From positions 2,760,507-2,824,506 of the forward strand of contig OY759598.1 in the NCBI GenBank assembly GCA_963662435.1: a DNA stretch of 64,000 nt, in the 5' to 3' direction. The position numbers and the translations under genes are program-made. The DNA comes from Dehalococcoidia bacterium. GTDB taxonomy: Bacteria > Chloroflexota > Dehalococcoidia > Lucifugimonadales > VXLM01. This document shows, one piece after another, positions 49,234 through 58,396 of this stretch. Every line of letters starts with the position of its first letter. Position 1 is the stretch's first letter. The notes under the pieces were generated by a model. The model had not been told where the DNA came from, made no database searches, and saw nothing but the letters and a program-made list of their open reading frames with translations.

Positions 49234-50256
49234 ATGATCTATTCCCTTTCCGGCGAGGACGACTTTACGATCCGCGAGACGCTCGTCGGTTTGAAGGAGA
49301 CCGTCGGCACGCCGGACTTGCGCGACGTGAATATCGTCGTGCTCGACGCAAACGTGTCCCTGGATGAGTTCACCGCAAACGCCTCGACGGTACCGTTCCT
49401 CGCGGACAAGCGGCTTGTGATCGTCGAAGGGCTATTGGGCAGGTTCGAGCGAGGGTCGGGTCGACGTTCCGGCTCCGGCGCCAACGGCAGGAAGGAGCTC
49501 TCGGAGTGGGAGCGCCTGCCCGTCGTCCTGGCGAATGTGCCCGAGACCACGGACGTCGTCTTTGTCGACGGGCGCCTGAACGCCTCGAACCCGCTGCTCA
49601 AGCTGATTCAGGAACGGGTCACGACAAAGGCCTTCAGTCCTCCCGGTCCGAGGGAACTTCGGATGTGGATAGCTGAGCGAGCGCGCGGCGAGGGGGCGGA
49701 GATCGACGGTCAGGCCGTACAGGTGCTGGCAGAGACCATCGGGAGCGACCTACCGGTGTTGGCGTCGGAACTCCGCAAACTTGCCCTTATCGCCGCTGGA
49801 AGGGCGATTACAGCGGAGGATGTCGACAGGATGGTGTCCTACGCCCAAGAGTCGAATATTTTTGCCTCTGTGGACGCAATTGTAGAGGGCAGGGTCTCCG
49901 AAGCGTTGGGACTCGTCCACGGCCTGCTGGAAGGGGGAAGTCCCACGGGATACATCATAACGATGATCGCTCGCCAGGTGCGTCTCCTCATTCTGGCCAA
50001 GGAAATCGGTGCTCGCAGGCTCTCAACGGGCGAGGCGTCCCAGAGGCTCAGGCTGTCTGGGTACCCCTTGCGGAAGACGCTCTTCCAGGCCGACCGGTTC
50101 AGCATGGAGCGCCTCGTGGAGATTCACAGGATGCTCTTGGAGGCAGACTTGGAAATGAAGTCCACCGGGGCCGACGATGAGCTGATTCTCGATACGCTCA
50201 TCGCAGATATCGCGTCGCAGCCGAGCGGAGGCCGCCCGGTCGATACCCGGGCGTGA
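49234..50256 (+). CDS. holA: DNA polymerase III subunit delta
   Basis: MIYSLSGEDDF, VPFLADKRLVIV, SELRKL, NIFASVDAI, EADLEMKS. Confidence 0.9.
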   Translation: MIYSLSGEDDFTIRETLVGLKETVGTPDLRDVNIVVLDANVSLDEFTANASTVPFLADKRLVIVEGLLGRFERGSGRRSGSGANGRKELSEWERLPVVLANVPETTDVVFVDGRLNASNPLLKLIQERVTTKAFSPPGPRELRMWIAERARGEGAEIDGQAVQVLAETIGSDLPVLASELRKLALIAAGRAITAEDVDRMVSYAQESNIFASVDAIVEGRVSEALGLVHGLLEGGSPTGYIITMIARQVRLLILAKEIGARRLSTGEASQRLRLSGYPLRKTLFQADRFSMERLVEIHRMLLEADLEMKSTGADDELILDTLIADIASQPSGGRPVDTRA

Positions 50257-50259
50257 GTC

Positions 50260-51500
50260 TGACGGATTGATTCAAGCGGATATGAACACCTTTCGACAAG
50301 CAGGATGAACGGAAGACCCGGGTGAGAGGACTGCAATATTCGTTCGTGATGAGAACCGGTTGAAGCACATGGGCAAGGTGAACAGAGAATCTTGGAGGTA
50401 ATCGGAAGCCGGTCAACTTGAACAGAGCAAAATGAACAGATGCCGATTAGTCCCCTCTCCCGTCGTGCGAGAGGGCTTGTCCCCTTTCCAGTAGGGGCGA
50501 TTCGCAATTCGCCCATCTCCACTCATACCAATAGCCCCCACACGCAACTGTTCAGAGTTGGTGAAATTGCACGAATTGTTCTCTCGCTTTCATTCTGAGG
50601 AGCGCAGCGATGAAGAATATACAATCTCTCCCTCGCGGGCGAGAGATACAAAGTCACCAAGACCGAACAATTACCCCCACACCGTCGATTTGACTAACGA
50701 GAACACATGTACGACACTGCAAGTGGGAGAAATACCGTCAACCGATACGACAACCCCGAAAGTTACAAAATGTTGCAGAATGTTACAAAATTCAGGGAAA
50801 TGCGCGAGTCGGCGCCCGCTTCGGGACTATCCACCAAACCCAAGAGTTCGACCCAGCAATTTTACAATAACAACGAAAATGTCCCAAAATGTCCCAGAAT
50901 GCCACACTTTTCAAAGTGATTCCTGTTCAGAGGGTGTCTAAAAGGGATCCCGTTCAACCTGATCTGCGCGCCCCGCGCCGGAGCCGTACTGAGGCGACAG
51001 TAACTACCGTGCACGTGCCTACAATCTCTCCCCCACCAGGCTGACAGGGGTAGGCAAGACGGACCTGTGGCTATAGCGCTGCCCCCTTGCCTGTCATTCC
51101 GAGTGGAGCGAGGATTCTAAAATCCATAACCCCAGGATCGGACAGCCAGTGCCGCGCTTATTTTGTGACCAAGAGCGAAAACGTCGTAAGAACGCCCTAT
51201 GGTGGCTTTACCATGTGACAGTCACTTTAGATTCTTCGACTTCGCTGCGCTCCACTCAGAATGACAGCGCCGCGGTTGCTTTCTGGTGAGTGTAGACCCC
51301 CTCTCCTGTTCGCGGGAGAGAGCCTACCCCGTACTCCCTACGGGCGCCGGGGTGACTTGAAACACTAAGACTATGTTGACTTTATACTAATATTCAGTCA
51401 GCTTGAATGTGATGAGCTGGCAGATGCCGCTTTATCCCCTCTCCCGTCGTGGGAGAGGGCTAGAGCCTGCCCCGTATTCGATACGGGGGTGAGGGTGAAT
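50260..51500. repeat. 1.2-kb intergenic mosaic of REP-like palindromes, a MITE-like copy and 10-bp periodic repeats
   Basis: CCCCTCTCCC..GGGAGAGGG, TGTCATTCCGAG..GAGGATTC with its inverted partner, TTCGACAAG and GTAGGGGCG..CGCCC motifs. Confidence 0.75.
50544..50674. mobile_element. MITE-like element copy 3
   Basis: GCAACTGTTCAGAGTTGGTGA left; right-end reverse complement GTAATTGTTCGGTCTTGGTGA. Confidence 0.65.
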
Positions 51501-51539
51501 CGTAATATCATGTGGACCCGGTACTAGAAGGCAAACCAA

Positions 51540-52670
51540 GTGAGCGAAGTCGAATTGATGGGGAAAAAGCACCGGTTGGGAATCATTGGGCTGGGGCCGG
51601 TCGCCATTCGCAGGCGGCCGTCTGAGGACCTGCCCGCCGTCATCCAGGAGCAGATGCGGAAGACGGAAATGCCCACATACGTTCCATTCGGGGAACGTGT
51701 GATGGTCTCCCATGTCTGGTCAGTCGGCCACGTGCCGGAAATCGAGATCGTCGCCGGTTGCGACTTGTACCCCGCTCGGGTCGAGCGCTTCCAGGAAAAT
51801 TGGGGAGACAAGTGGCCCAACGCGCGGACGTACGGCGACTACCGCGAGATGCTCGCCAATGAAGACCTCGACATCGTGACGGTGACGACCCCGGAACACC
51901 TCCACGCCGAGCCGACGGTTGCGGCGGCGGAGTCGGGCGTCCGCGCCATCTTCTGCGAGAAGCCTCTCGCAACGAGCGTCGAGGATGCCGACCGCATGAT
52001 CGCGGCCTGCGAGGCGAACGGGGTGGTCCTATCAGTCGACTACACCCGGCGGTGGAGTCCATTGTTCCACAAGGTCCGTGACGCCATCCGGGCGGGCTCT
52101 ATCGGCGAGATAAGCACGATCTCCGCCTCCTTTGGAGGTGTGCAGGCGTGGATGTTCCGGAGCGGTTCACACCTCCTGGACGCGATGGTCTTCTTCACCG
52201 AGGCGGACCCGATCAAGGTGTCGGCGCACCTTGAAGACGGCTACGAAGACTGGGACGTATACCGAGGCCAGGGAGGAGGGAACGCCACGGAGCGCGATCC
52301 CGGAGCCACCGGCTACGTCTTGTTTGACAACGGCGTTCGTGCCTTCTACTCCTGCCTGAAGAATACGCTGGACTCGTTTCGGGACGTGGTGATCACCGGC
52401 AACAAGGGAATGTTAGAGTTCAAATTCGACGGGGAGTCCGCTCAACTTCAGTCCTCAGATCCCGCCTTCGCATATAACACGATGCAGACCACCCTGACGC
52501 CGGACGTGTACCGCTCGCGGGGTATCGAGGCCGCCTATCGGGAGATCGTCGACAACCTTGCCAACGGTACGGAGAGTAGCTCCCCGGCGCGGGATGCGCG
52601 GAAGTCCGTGAGGATCATGGCGGGGTTCCTTCGTTCGCACCAAGAGGGCGGCCGGCTGGTGGACGTCTAA
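51540..52670 (+). CDS. Gfo/Idh/MocA family oxidoreductase
   Basis: GIIGLG, DYREML..EDLDIV.V.TP..LH, CEKPLA, GSHLLD. Confidence 0.92.
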   Translation: MSEVELMGKKHRLGIIGLGPVAIRRRPSEDLPAVIQEQMRKTEMPTYVPFGERVMVSHVWSVGHVPEIEIVAGCDLYPARVERFQENWGDKWPNARTYGDYREMLANEDLDIVTVTTPEHLHAEPTVAAAESGVRAIFCEKPLATSVEDADRMIAACEANGVVLSVDYTRRWSPLFHKVRDAIRAGSIGEISTISASFGGVQAWMFRSGSHLLDAMVFFTEADPIKVSAHLEDGYEDWDVYRGQGGGNATERDPGATGYVLFDNGVRAFYSCLKNTLDSFRDVVITGNKGMLEFKFDGESAQLQSSDPAFAYNTMQTTLTPDVYRSRGIEAAYREIVDNLANGTESSSPARDARKSVRIMAGFLRSHQEGGRLVDV

Positions 52671-52742
52671 GATGGTTCCCGGCGGACCAATCGAACCCGT
52701 TCGTGATGAGCTTGTCGTACGGTGTCGAGGGCGCAGGGCCTA

Positions 52743-53912
52743 TCACCGTGAATCTGACGGGCGATAGACCGTCGTGTTGGGATAGAAGTCCGACCAAGCG
52801 AACCAGAAGAGCTGGAAGCTGGGTATCATGGTCAGGCGCTCGCCCTCGAGGGGGCCGGCTGTAGCCCGGCCGTCCAACTTGCTCCAGACGGTACCTGTCT
52901 CCTCATCTACCATTTCCAGGGGCTCCGAGCCCTGGCCCAGTGTGAGGACGCTTCCCTCGACCGTACGATCGAACACGGTAGCGAGATTGCTCCGCTCGTC
53001 ATAGGCTGCGACGATGCTCGTATCACCGAGACTATCGTTAATGACCTTGCTGCGGAAAAGATCAGCTACAGTGTATGCCCGTGCAAGGTCGCCCAAGGAC
53101 ACTCCCAGCACGGTCTCCTTGCTGGTGAAGCGACGGTCCGGGTTGGACTCTCCATACGCGCCGACTGCGTCGGGATCGAGGTAATAGTCCTCGTAGGAGT
53201 CGAATGTAAGGCGTGTACTGCCTGTGTCAAGGAACAGGGTGTCGGGGTGTTCGGTCTTCCACACACCCCAAGAGACAATGACGGACGGAACAACCGCCAA
53301 CTCGGCGTCCCGTTTCGGACCGTCCACGGCGCGACCGAGGAACTGGCTCCAGCGCGACTCCGTCTCGCGGTCATACATCACAAGAGAGTTGAAGATCAGG
53401 CTGCCGTCCACGCCGAACGTGAGCGTCTCGCCGTCGACCTCGCGGGCATAGACTATGCCCGTTTGGCAGAGCGGTCACCAGGTGACGGCGATCGGCATAC
53501 CTCCAACCGTGTCGTTGACGATCTCGCGGCCGCTCAAGAAGACCACGGGATAGGCCACGCTCTGTCCATCAATGGACACGCCAATTACCGGGGTGCCTTG
53601 TCCGGCCTGTTCGCCTACCTCGTTGACGGGAATATGAACGGGATCGTAGACGGCGGGAATGTGGTCGCGAGGAACGATGCGAACGAGCGGCGCGGTGCGT
53701 CCGTCGGCAAGACGCGCTCCTCCGCCACGAGCCGAGACGTTGGGAGTCGGCGGAATTATGGGCGTAGAGGGAGCCGCTATAACCGGAGTGGAGGTTCGAC
53801 CGGTGATCACCGGATCACTATGGACCTCGCCTGCACCATTCTGCCTAGGCCCCGCACAAGAGAGGGCGAGAACCATAAGGCATAGGAACAAGGACGGAAG
53901 GTAACGCTTCAT
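52743..53912 (-). CDS. DUF3179 domain selenoprotein (lipoprotein; in-frame UGA at 53475-53477 read as Sec, UxxC), 389 aa
   Basis: One frame joins the two track ORFs: ...IAVTW-TGA-PLCQTGIVYAREVDGETLTFGVDGSLIFNSLVMYDRET; UGA aligns to the first Cys of YCTLC in the paralog at 352. Confidence 0.9.
53443..53461 (-). promoter_or_regulatory. Bacterial SECIS-like hairpin
   Basis: CGGGCAUA-GUC-UAUGCCCG starting 13 nt 3' of the UGA; G in the apical loop. Confidence 0.8.
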
Positions 53913-54005
53913 GGGGGACGCGGGTTCTTGAGAGAGAGGTGCAGTACGCGGCCAGACGCCTCGCAGTGGCATCACGGCCATGTTGTGGAGACAAGAGTGA
54001 TTTAC

Positions 54006-54044
54006 AAAAGAAACAAGCCCCGTGGGCGGAGCGCCCACGGGGCT
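54006..54044 (-). terminator. Intrinsic terminator of the collagen-like gene
   Basis: AGCCCCGTGGGCG-CTC-CGCCCACGGGGCT followed by TGTTTCTTTT on the minus strand. Confidence 0.85.
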
Positions 54045-54067
54045 CATCGTTTACCGACTAGGTCAGG

Positions 54068-55006
54068 CTACTTGCAGACGTCTGAGCCCGAACCGGACAC
54101 CACCAGCAGCGGTGCCGTGGCCTCGGTGCCTCGGATACCGGCAGCCTTGATGCCATAGAGGCCTGCTTCCGTGTCCGCGCCGACTTCGATATCGGCTTGG
54201 AGAGCGCCTCTGTCATTCGCTACCGCGCTGCCAATAGAGGACTGCACGGGCGCGCCATCTGCCTGGGATCCAGTGACGAGGAAGAAGTTCGTCGCCTCGC
54301 CCGGCTTGAAGCCGGAACCAAGGATGGAGATGTCACTTCCTGCCATCGTACAACGTCCTGTCAGGGCCGCATCTACAGTGACCGGCGGAGCGGGCGGACG
54401 AATAATCACAGGCGGCGTTTCAGCCTCAACTGACGCGGGAGTGCTAGCGAAGCTCCTGTCAGCACCCTGGGCAAGAACCGTTACCGCGTCCAGTGCCAGC
54501 AACCGGTCTTGCGTCCGGGACACGCCACTAATGTCACTCAGCGGGCCGTCTAGGACAATCTCAAAGGCGCCGCCACCGTTAGCAGTGGCAAAGCCGAGGT
54601 TCGGGTCGCGACCGCCCTGCAGGTCGAAGTAGACCTGAACAGGCTCGAACGGCTGGAAGCCTGAACCCTTGATCGTCAGACCTTGGTCAAGGTAGATCGT
54701 GTCGCCGCCAATGGACAGGCCAGCGCCAGGTGAAACTCCCGGAGGACCCTGGGGACCCGTGGGGCCAGGGAGTCCAGGCTCACCGGGGAGTCCAGGCTCA
54801 CCGGGGTTACCGGGAAGTCCAGGTGCACCCGCAGGGCCTGGCGGGCCCTGAGGACCCTGAGGACCGGGGTTACCCGGGTTGCCGGGTTCACCGGGGTTGC
54901 CGGGAAGACCAGCCTTACCCGGAGTTCCTTGACATGCTGCCAAGAACAGTAACGCGAATACCGAAACAAGCACCATTACCATGATGCTCCGTGGAGCTCT
55001 ATCCAT
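54068..55006 (-). CDS. Collagen-like lipoprotein
   Basis: Lipobox LAAC, 22 consecutive G-X-Y triplets, two repeated I.GSGF.P.E beta domains. Confidence 0.88.
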   Translation of the reverse strand: MDRAPRSIMVMVLVSVFALLFLAACQGTPGKAGLPGNPGEPGNPGNPGPQGPQGPPGPAGAPGLPGNPGEPGLPGEPGLPGPTGPQGPPGVSPGAGLSIGGDTIYLDQGLTIKGSGFQPFEPVQVYFDLQGGRDPNLGFATANGGGAFEIVLDGPLSDISGVSRTQDRLLALDAVTVLAQGADRSFASTPASVEAETPPVIIRPPAPPVTVDAALTGRCTMAGSDISILGSGFKPGEATNFFLVTGSQADGAPVQSSIGSAVANDRGALQADIEVGADTEAGLYGIKAAGIRGTEATAPLLVVSGSGSDVCK

Positions 55007-55127
55007 TTTATGCGCCCCCTAACTACAGAATTTCCGAGTCTTCGGACTCTTTACCGGTCAAGTACCCTACCCCGTCGCATTTTTAGGAAGATATAACGCG
55101 AAAAGTCGGTGCTCTAACGGCGGCCTT

Positions 55128-55156
55128 ATCATATTGGGGTCATATGGTGTTGTCAA
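55128..55156 (-). promoter_or_regulatory. Sigma70-type promoter of the collagen-like gene
   Basis: TTGACA-N17-TATGAT. Confidence 0.7.
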
Positions 55157-55290
55157 CCCCTTGCCGTGCAAATAAGGCCTAGTTTCGGCAAGGTAGACAC
55201 GTATTTGAGAAGGAGGAGTCGCAATGGGGCTTCGGCACCCTTATCCGCTTGTTCCTCAGGCGGTACGATGTTATAGTTTTTCGTGTGCCC

Positions 55291-55365
<75 letters not shown>

Positions 55366-55404
55366 CCCTGCTCAGATCACCCTTCCGGCATCGCAATTGG
55401 GGAT

Positions 55405-55481
55405 GCCCCTGTAGCTCAGGCGGATAGAGCAACGGTTTCCTAAACCGTGAGTCGCCGGTTCGAGTCCGGCCAGGGGTACCA
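55405..55481 (+). tRNA. tRNA-Arg (CCT)
   Basis: Cloverleaf; anticodon arm ACGGT-TTCCTAA-ACCGT; GTTCGAGTC; CCA end. Confidence 0.96.
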
Positions 55482-55519
55482 ATCCTTGTACTACTGCTCG
55501 TTGAGACTCGTTTCGGCTG

Positions 55520-56545
55520 CTAGGCGTGCACCGTCTCCACAAGATCCGTCATCAACTCGCTCATGAACTCAACCCCCGCTATGGCTCGCCCGTATTCCAT
55601 GCGCACAGGGCCGATAGCGCCGATTACGCCGTTCATTTCTCGTGGAATGCCGTAGCGCCCAAGCACCACGCTAAGCGGCCACAGAACGTCGCCATGGTTC
55701 TCTCTACCAATCACTACGCGCACCACTGAACCTTCCGGGGCCTGGGCCAACACGGCCTGTCCAAGGGAACCGTCCTCCACGCTGCGTATGACGATTTCAA
55801 GGGTGTCCTTGTCGCCAAATTCCGGCTGCGAGAGAAGATTCTTCAGCCCTGAGAGTATGTGGTCCTTGTAGCGGGAGGCCTCCTCCTCGCGGAGTACGTC
55901 GACAGTCGTATCGACTATGTTCTCCTCGGCAGCGGAGAGTTCCAGCGGCTTGGTCTCGATCTCATGCGAAGACATCCCACGCAGGAGGGTGTTGAGCCTG
56001 TTGGAAATGGTCTGCACCTCGGCTGGAGCGACCGGGTTCTCGAACCTGACGAGCTGCTGCCTAACTTTTGCCTGCTCGAGAACTATGACGAGGAGGCCTA
56101 GAATGTCCTTGAGGGATACGAGCTCAATGTGACGAATTCTAGTCTCGCTGGACGACGGGAATGTGGCGATGGCCATGTTCCCAACGAGCCCCGCGAGGAC
56201 GGCAGCAGCTTCGTTTCGCCACTCATCGATGTCACGTTCGGCCTCGCTGAGCCTGTGCCTAGCAGAGGACTGATCCTCTTGGGGCAGACGAGATGGGCCC
56301 TCGACAGAGATGGTCTCAACGTGAAGGCGATAGGCCTTGTCCAGAGGTATGGCGCCTGCCGAGGGATGTGGACGCGTGAGAAACCCGTTTTGCTCGAGGT
56401 CCATGACATCGTTGCGGATGGTCGCAGAGCTGACGCCAAGTCCGTGACGGCGAGCGAGGGTGTTGGATGCGACAGGCGTCGCCTCACGAATGTAGTCACT
56501 AACGATGAGGTTGAGGATGGTACGTTCTCTGAAAGACAGAACCAC
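55520..56545 (-). CDS. hrcA: Heat-inducible transcription repressor
   Basis: PVASNTL...SSATIRNDVMDLE..GFL..PHPSAGAIP...YR; IGRENH; GAIGPVRMEY. Confidence 0.93.
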   Translation of the reverse strand: MVLSFRERTILNLIVSDYIREATPVASNTLARRHGLGVSSATIRNDVMDLEQNGFLTRPHPSAGAIPLDKAYRLHVETISVEGPSRLPQEDQSSARHRLSEAERDIDEWRNEAAAVLAGLVGNMAIATFPSSSETRIRHIELVSLKDILGLLVIVLEQAKVRQQLVRFENPVAPAEVQTISNRLNTLLRGMSSHEIETKPLELSAAEENIVDTTVDVLREEEASRYKDHILSGLKNLLSQPEFGDKDTLEIVIRSVEDGSLGQAVLAQAPEGSVVRVVIGRENHGDVLWPLSVVLGRYGIPREMNGVIGAIGPVRMEYGRAIAGVEFMSELMTDLVETVHA

Positions 56546-56584
56546 TTCGCCTAAAGTCCTCGCAATAGTCTTGATGGTATCTCG

Positions 56585-56614
56585 AATGTAGCACCGGCAT
56601 TCGCGCGGTGTCAA
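56585..56614 (-). promoter_or_regulatory. Sigma70-type promoter of hrcA
   Basis: TTGACA-N18-TACATT. Confidence 0.55.
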
Positions 56615-56673
56615 GGAAGCATTTCGAGCCAGATGTTACGACTGTCAGAAGTGGATTGTCGATGGTCTGATAC

Positions 56674-56875
56674 ACCCGTTATGCCAGGGCCAAACATCAA
56701 AGAACCATATAGAGGAAAGGGAGACCTTGTCCAAGGGGAAACGATTCATCCCCCTGAGGGTATCCATCAAAGGAGCAAAGACCTTCCTTAGCAATTCCCT
56801 TTGAACCCGACAAATGAGTTACCGACCCTTCAACACATTCAGGTTGGAAAGGGCCCCCAAAATGGGGCATCCGGT
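56674..56875 (-). ncRNA. Candidate ~200-nt structured RNA (6S-like rod)
   Basis: Terminal pairing AUGCC/GGCAU and GGGCC/GGCCC; long internal helix UCAAAGG/UUCUUUGA and AGGAAGG/CUUUCCU with G-U pairs on the minus strand only. Confidence 0.45.
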
Positions 56876-58197
56876 CAGGGACGTCGGTTCTTGCGGTTAC
56901 GGACGCGTCCGGCGCCGTAGAGAAGGCCGACGGGTGCAAAGAGCATAAGAAGCGTTCCGATTCCTCCTGACAGAGGCACAGGACCAGCAGAGGAACAGAA
57001 GCCGCCACTTGGCTCAGGAGTCGGGACAGCTGTCGGCTCCGGCGCGACTGTCACGACAACCGTTTCCACTACCCTAGGCGGAGCAGATGTTGCGGTCGGT
57101 ACCGGTGTACTCGTTGGGGGCAATGTAGGACGAGGCGTACGCGTGGGAATCAAGGTCGCCGTCGGCGAAGGAGGCGGCGTTGCTATTGCGGTAGCTGTCG
57201 CAGTAGGCTGCGGCGTATTTGTTGGCAGTATAGGCGTCGGTGTGGGAACAGGAGTGTTCGTTGGCACCGGCGTCGGCGTCGGTTCCGGCGTCGGCGTCGG
57301 GAACCCGATGAAGATAATCTCGAAGTCGTCCTTGCGAGAGCCGCTCTCGTAGGCATCGATGGAGACTGACTTGACACCATTCAAGAAAAATTCAATCGGC
57401 TGCCCAACAAAGCGAGAACTCTGCGGCGCTATGACCAGGCTTTGGTAGCCCTGACCAACGATGGCTGCCGGCAATGACTCATAATCGGTTCCGATTCGCG
57501 CAGTTAAGACCGACCCAGGTGGAATGGAGGCGAGTCCGGCTATTGTCAAAGGACCGGAGTAGATCGCAGGCTGGGCCGTCAAAGGAGTCGGGGTAGCCGT
57601 GGGGGGCACCGTAGGCGTTATGGACGGCACTACGGGCGTGGGAGACTCCTCACCCTGCGGCGTCGGTGTATCCACCGGTGTTGGCGAAGGCGTAACAAGA
57701 TGCGGGAATGTCAGAGTGATCCCCGTCTTGAACACGAGAGACGGCGGGTCGGGTGGCGACTGAATGTAGAAGTAAGGCTGGGTCTCGGCAGCAATTACGT
57801 CATCGCTCAAATGAAAGGTGACCGGCTGACCACTCGCGGAAGACTCAAGTGCCCCGATAGTCACACCGTTGAATAACCCGCCAATGATGGGGATGAACCC
57901 TGATATGGATTCTCCGATCCTCGCGTAGAGGAACGTGCAATCCGGAATCGGATTCCCCGCTACGGTAGCCGAACCGGAGAAAGACATCGGGAATGCCGGT
58001 ATCACGCCGCTGGGCGCAGGTCTGGGGGTCGGCGTCGCATCACCTTCAACCGGAGTGGGCGTCGGCGTAGGAGTTGGGGTAAAGCAAACGACCCCTTGCG
58101 TTTGCGCGTCCAGGGTCGGTGAGTCGGACAGGGCTATGTAGAGTATGCCTCCGAAGAGGACCGCTGCCGTTATTGCCGCTGCAAGTCTGGTCGTCAT
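56875..58197 (-). CDS. PT-rich surface protein with C-terminal GG-x-C + TM + basic tail
   Basis: Signal peptide, two repeated small domains separated by PT tracts, SGGFCSS...TM...RVRNRKNRR. Confidence 0.8.
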   Translation of the reverse strand: MTTRLAAAITAAVLFGGILYIALSDSPTLDAQTQGVVCFTPTPTPTPTPVEGDATPTPRPAPSGVIPAFPMSFSGSATVAGNPIPDCTFLYARIGESISGFIPIIGGLFNGVTIGALESSASGQPVTFHLSDDVIAAETQPYFYIQSPPDPPSLVFKTGITLTFPHLVTPSPTPVDTPTPQGEESPTPVVPSITPTVPPTATPTPLTAQPAIYSGPLTIAGLASIPPGSVLTARIGTDYESLPAAIVGQGYQSLVIAPQSSRFVGQPIEFFLNGVKSVSIDAYESGSRKDDFEIIFIGFPTPTPEPTPTPVPTNTPVPTPTPILPTNTPQPTATATAIATPPPSPTATLIPTRTPRPTLPPTSTPVPTATSAPPRVVETVVVTVAPEPTAVPTPEPSGGFCSSAGPVPLSGGIGTLLMLFAPVGLLYGAGRVRNRKNRRP

Positions 58198-58311
58198 GAG
58201 TGGATTATGAGTTCCGGGTCGTAGCTTATTGGGGCCGAATGATCCAGCTCCTGAGCCTTCAGCCCTAGGATGCCTTCAGTGCGATTGGCGAGACTCCTGG
58301 TCGCTATAGAC

Positions 58312-58351
58312 AAAGGGCCTCCCTCCTCATTATATCAGAGGAGGGAGGCCC
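58312..58351 (-). terminator. Terminator of the large surface protein gene
   Basis: GGGCCTCCCTCCTC...GAGGAGGGAGGCCC followed by TTT. Confidence 0.8.
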
Positions 58352-58396
58352 CCTTCATTCGGATTTCCTAACTGTTACCCGATTGTTCGGTTCTGA

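Noticed and set aside
52743..54047. Two separate genes or a nonsense pseudogene, as in the ORF track
   Set aside because: Same frame, TGA at a conserved Cys position, SECIS-like hairpin and selB present favour Sec read-through
56545..56700. CIRCE operator upstream of hrcA
   Set aside because: No TTAGCACTC-N9-GAGTGCTAA-like inverted repeat is visible
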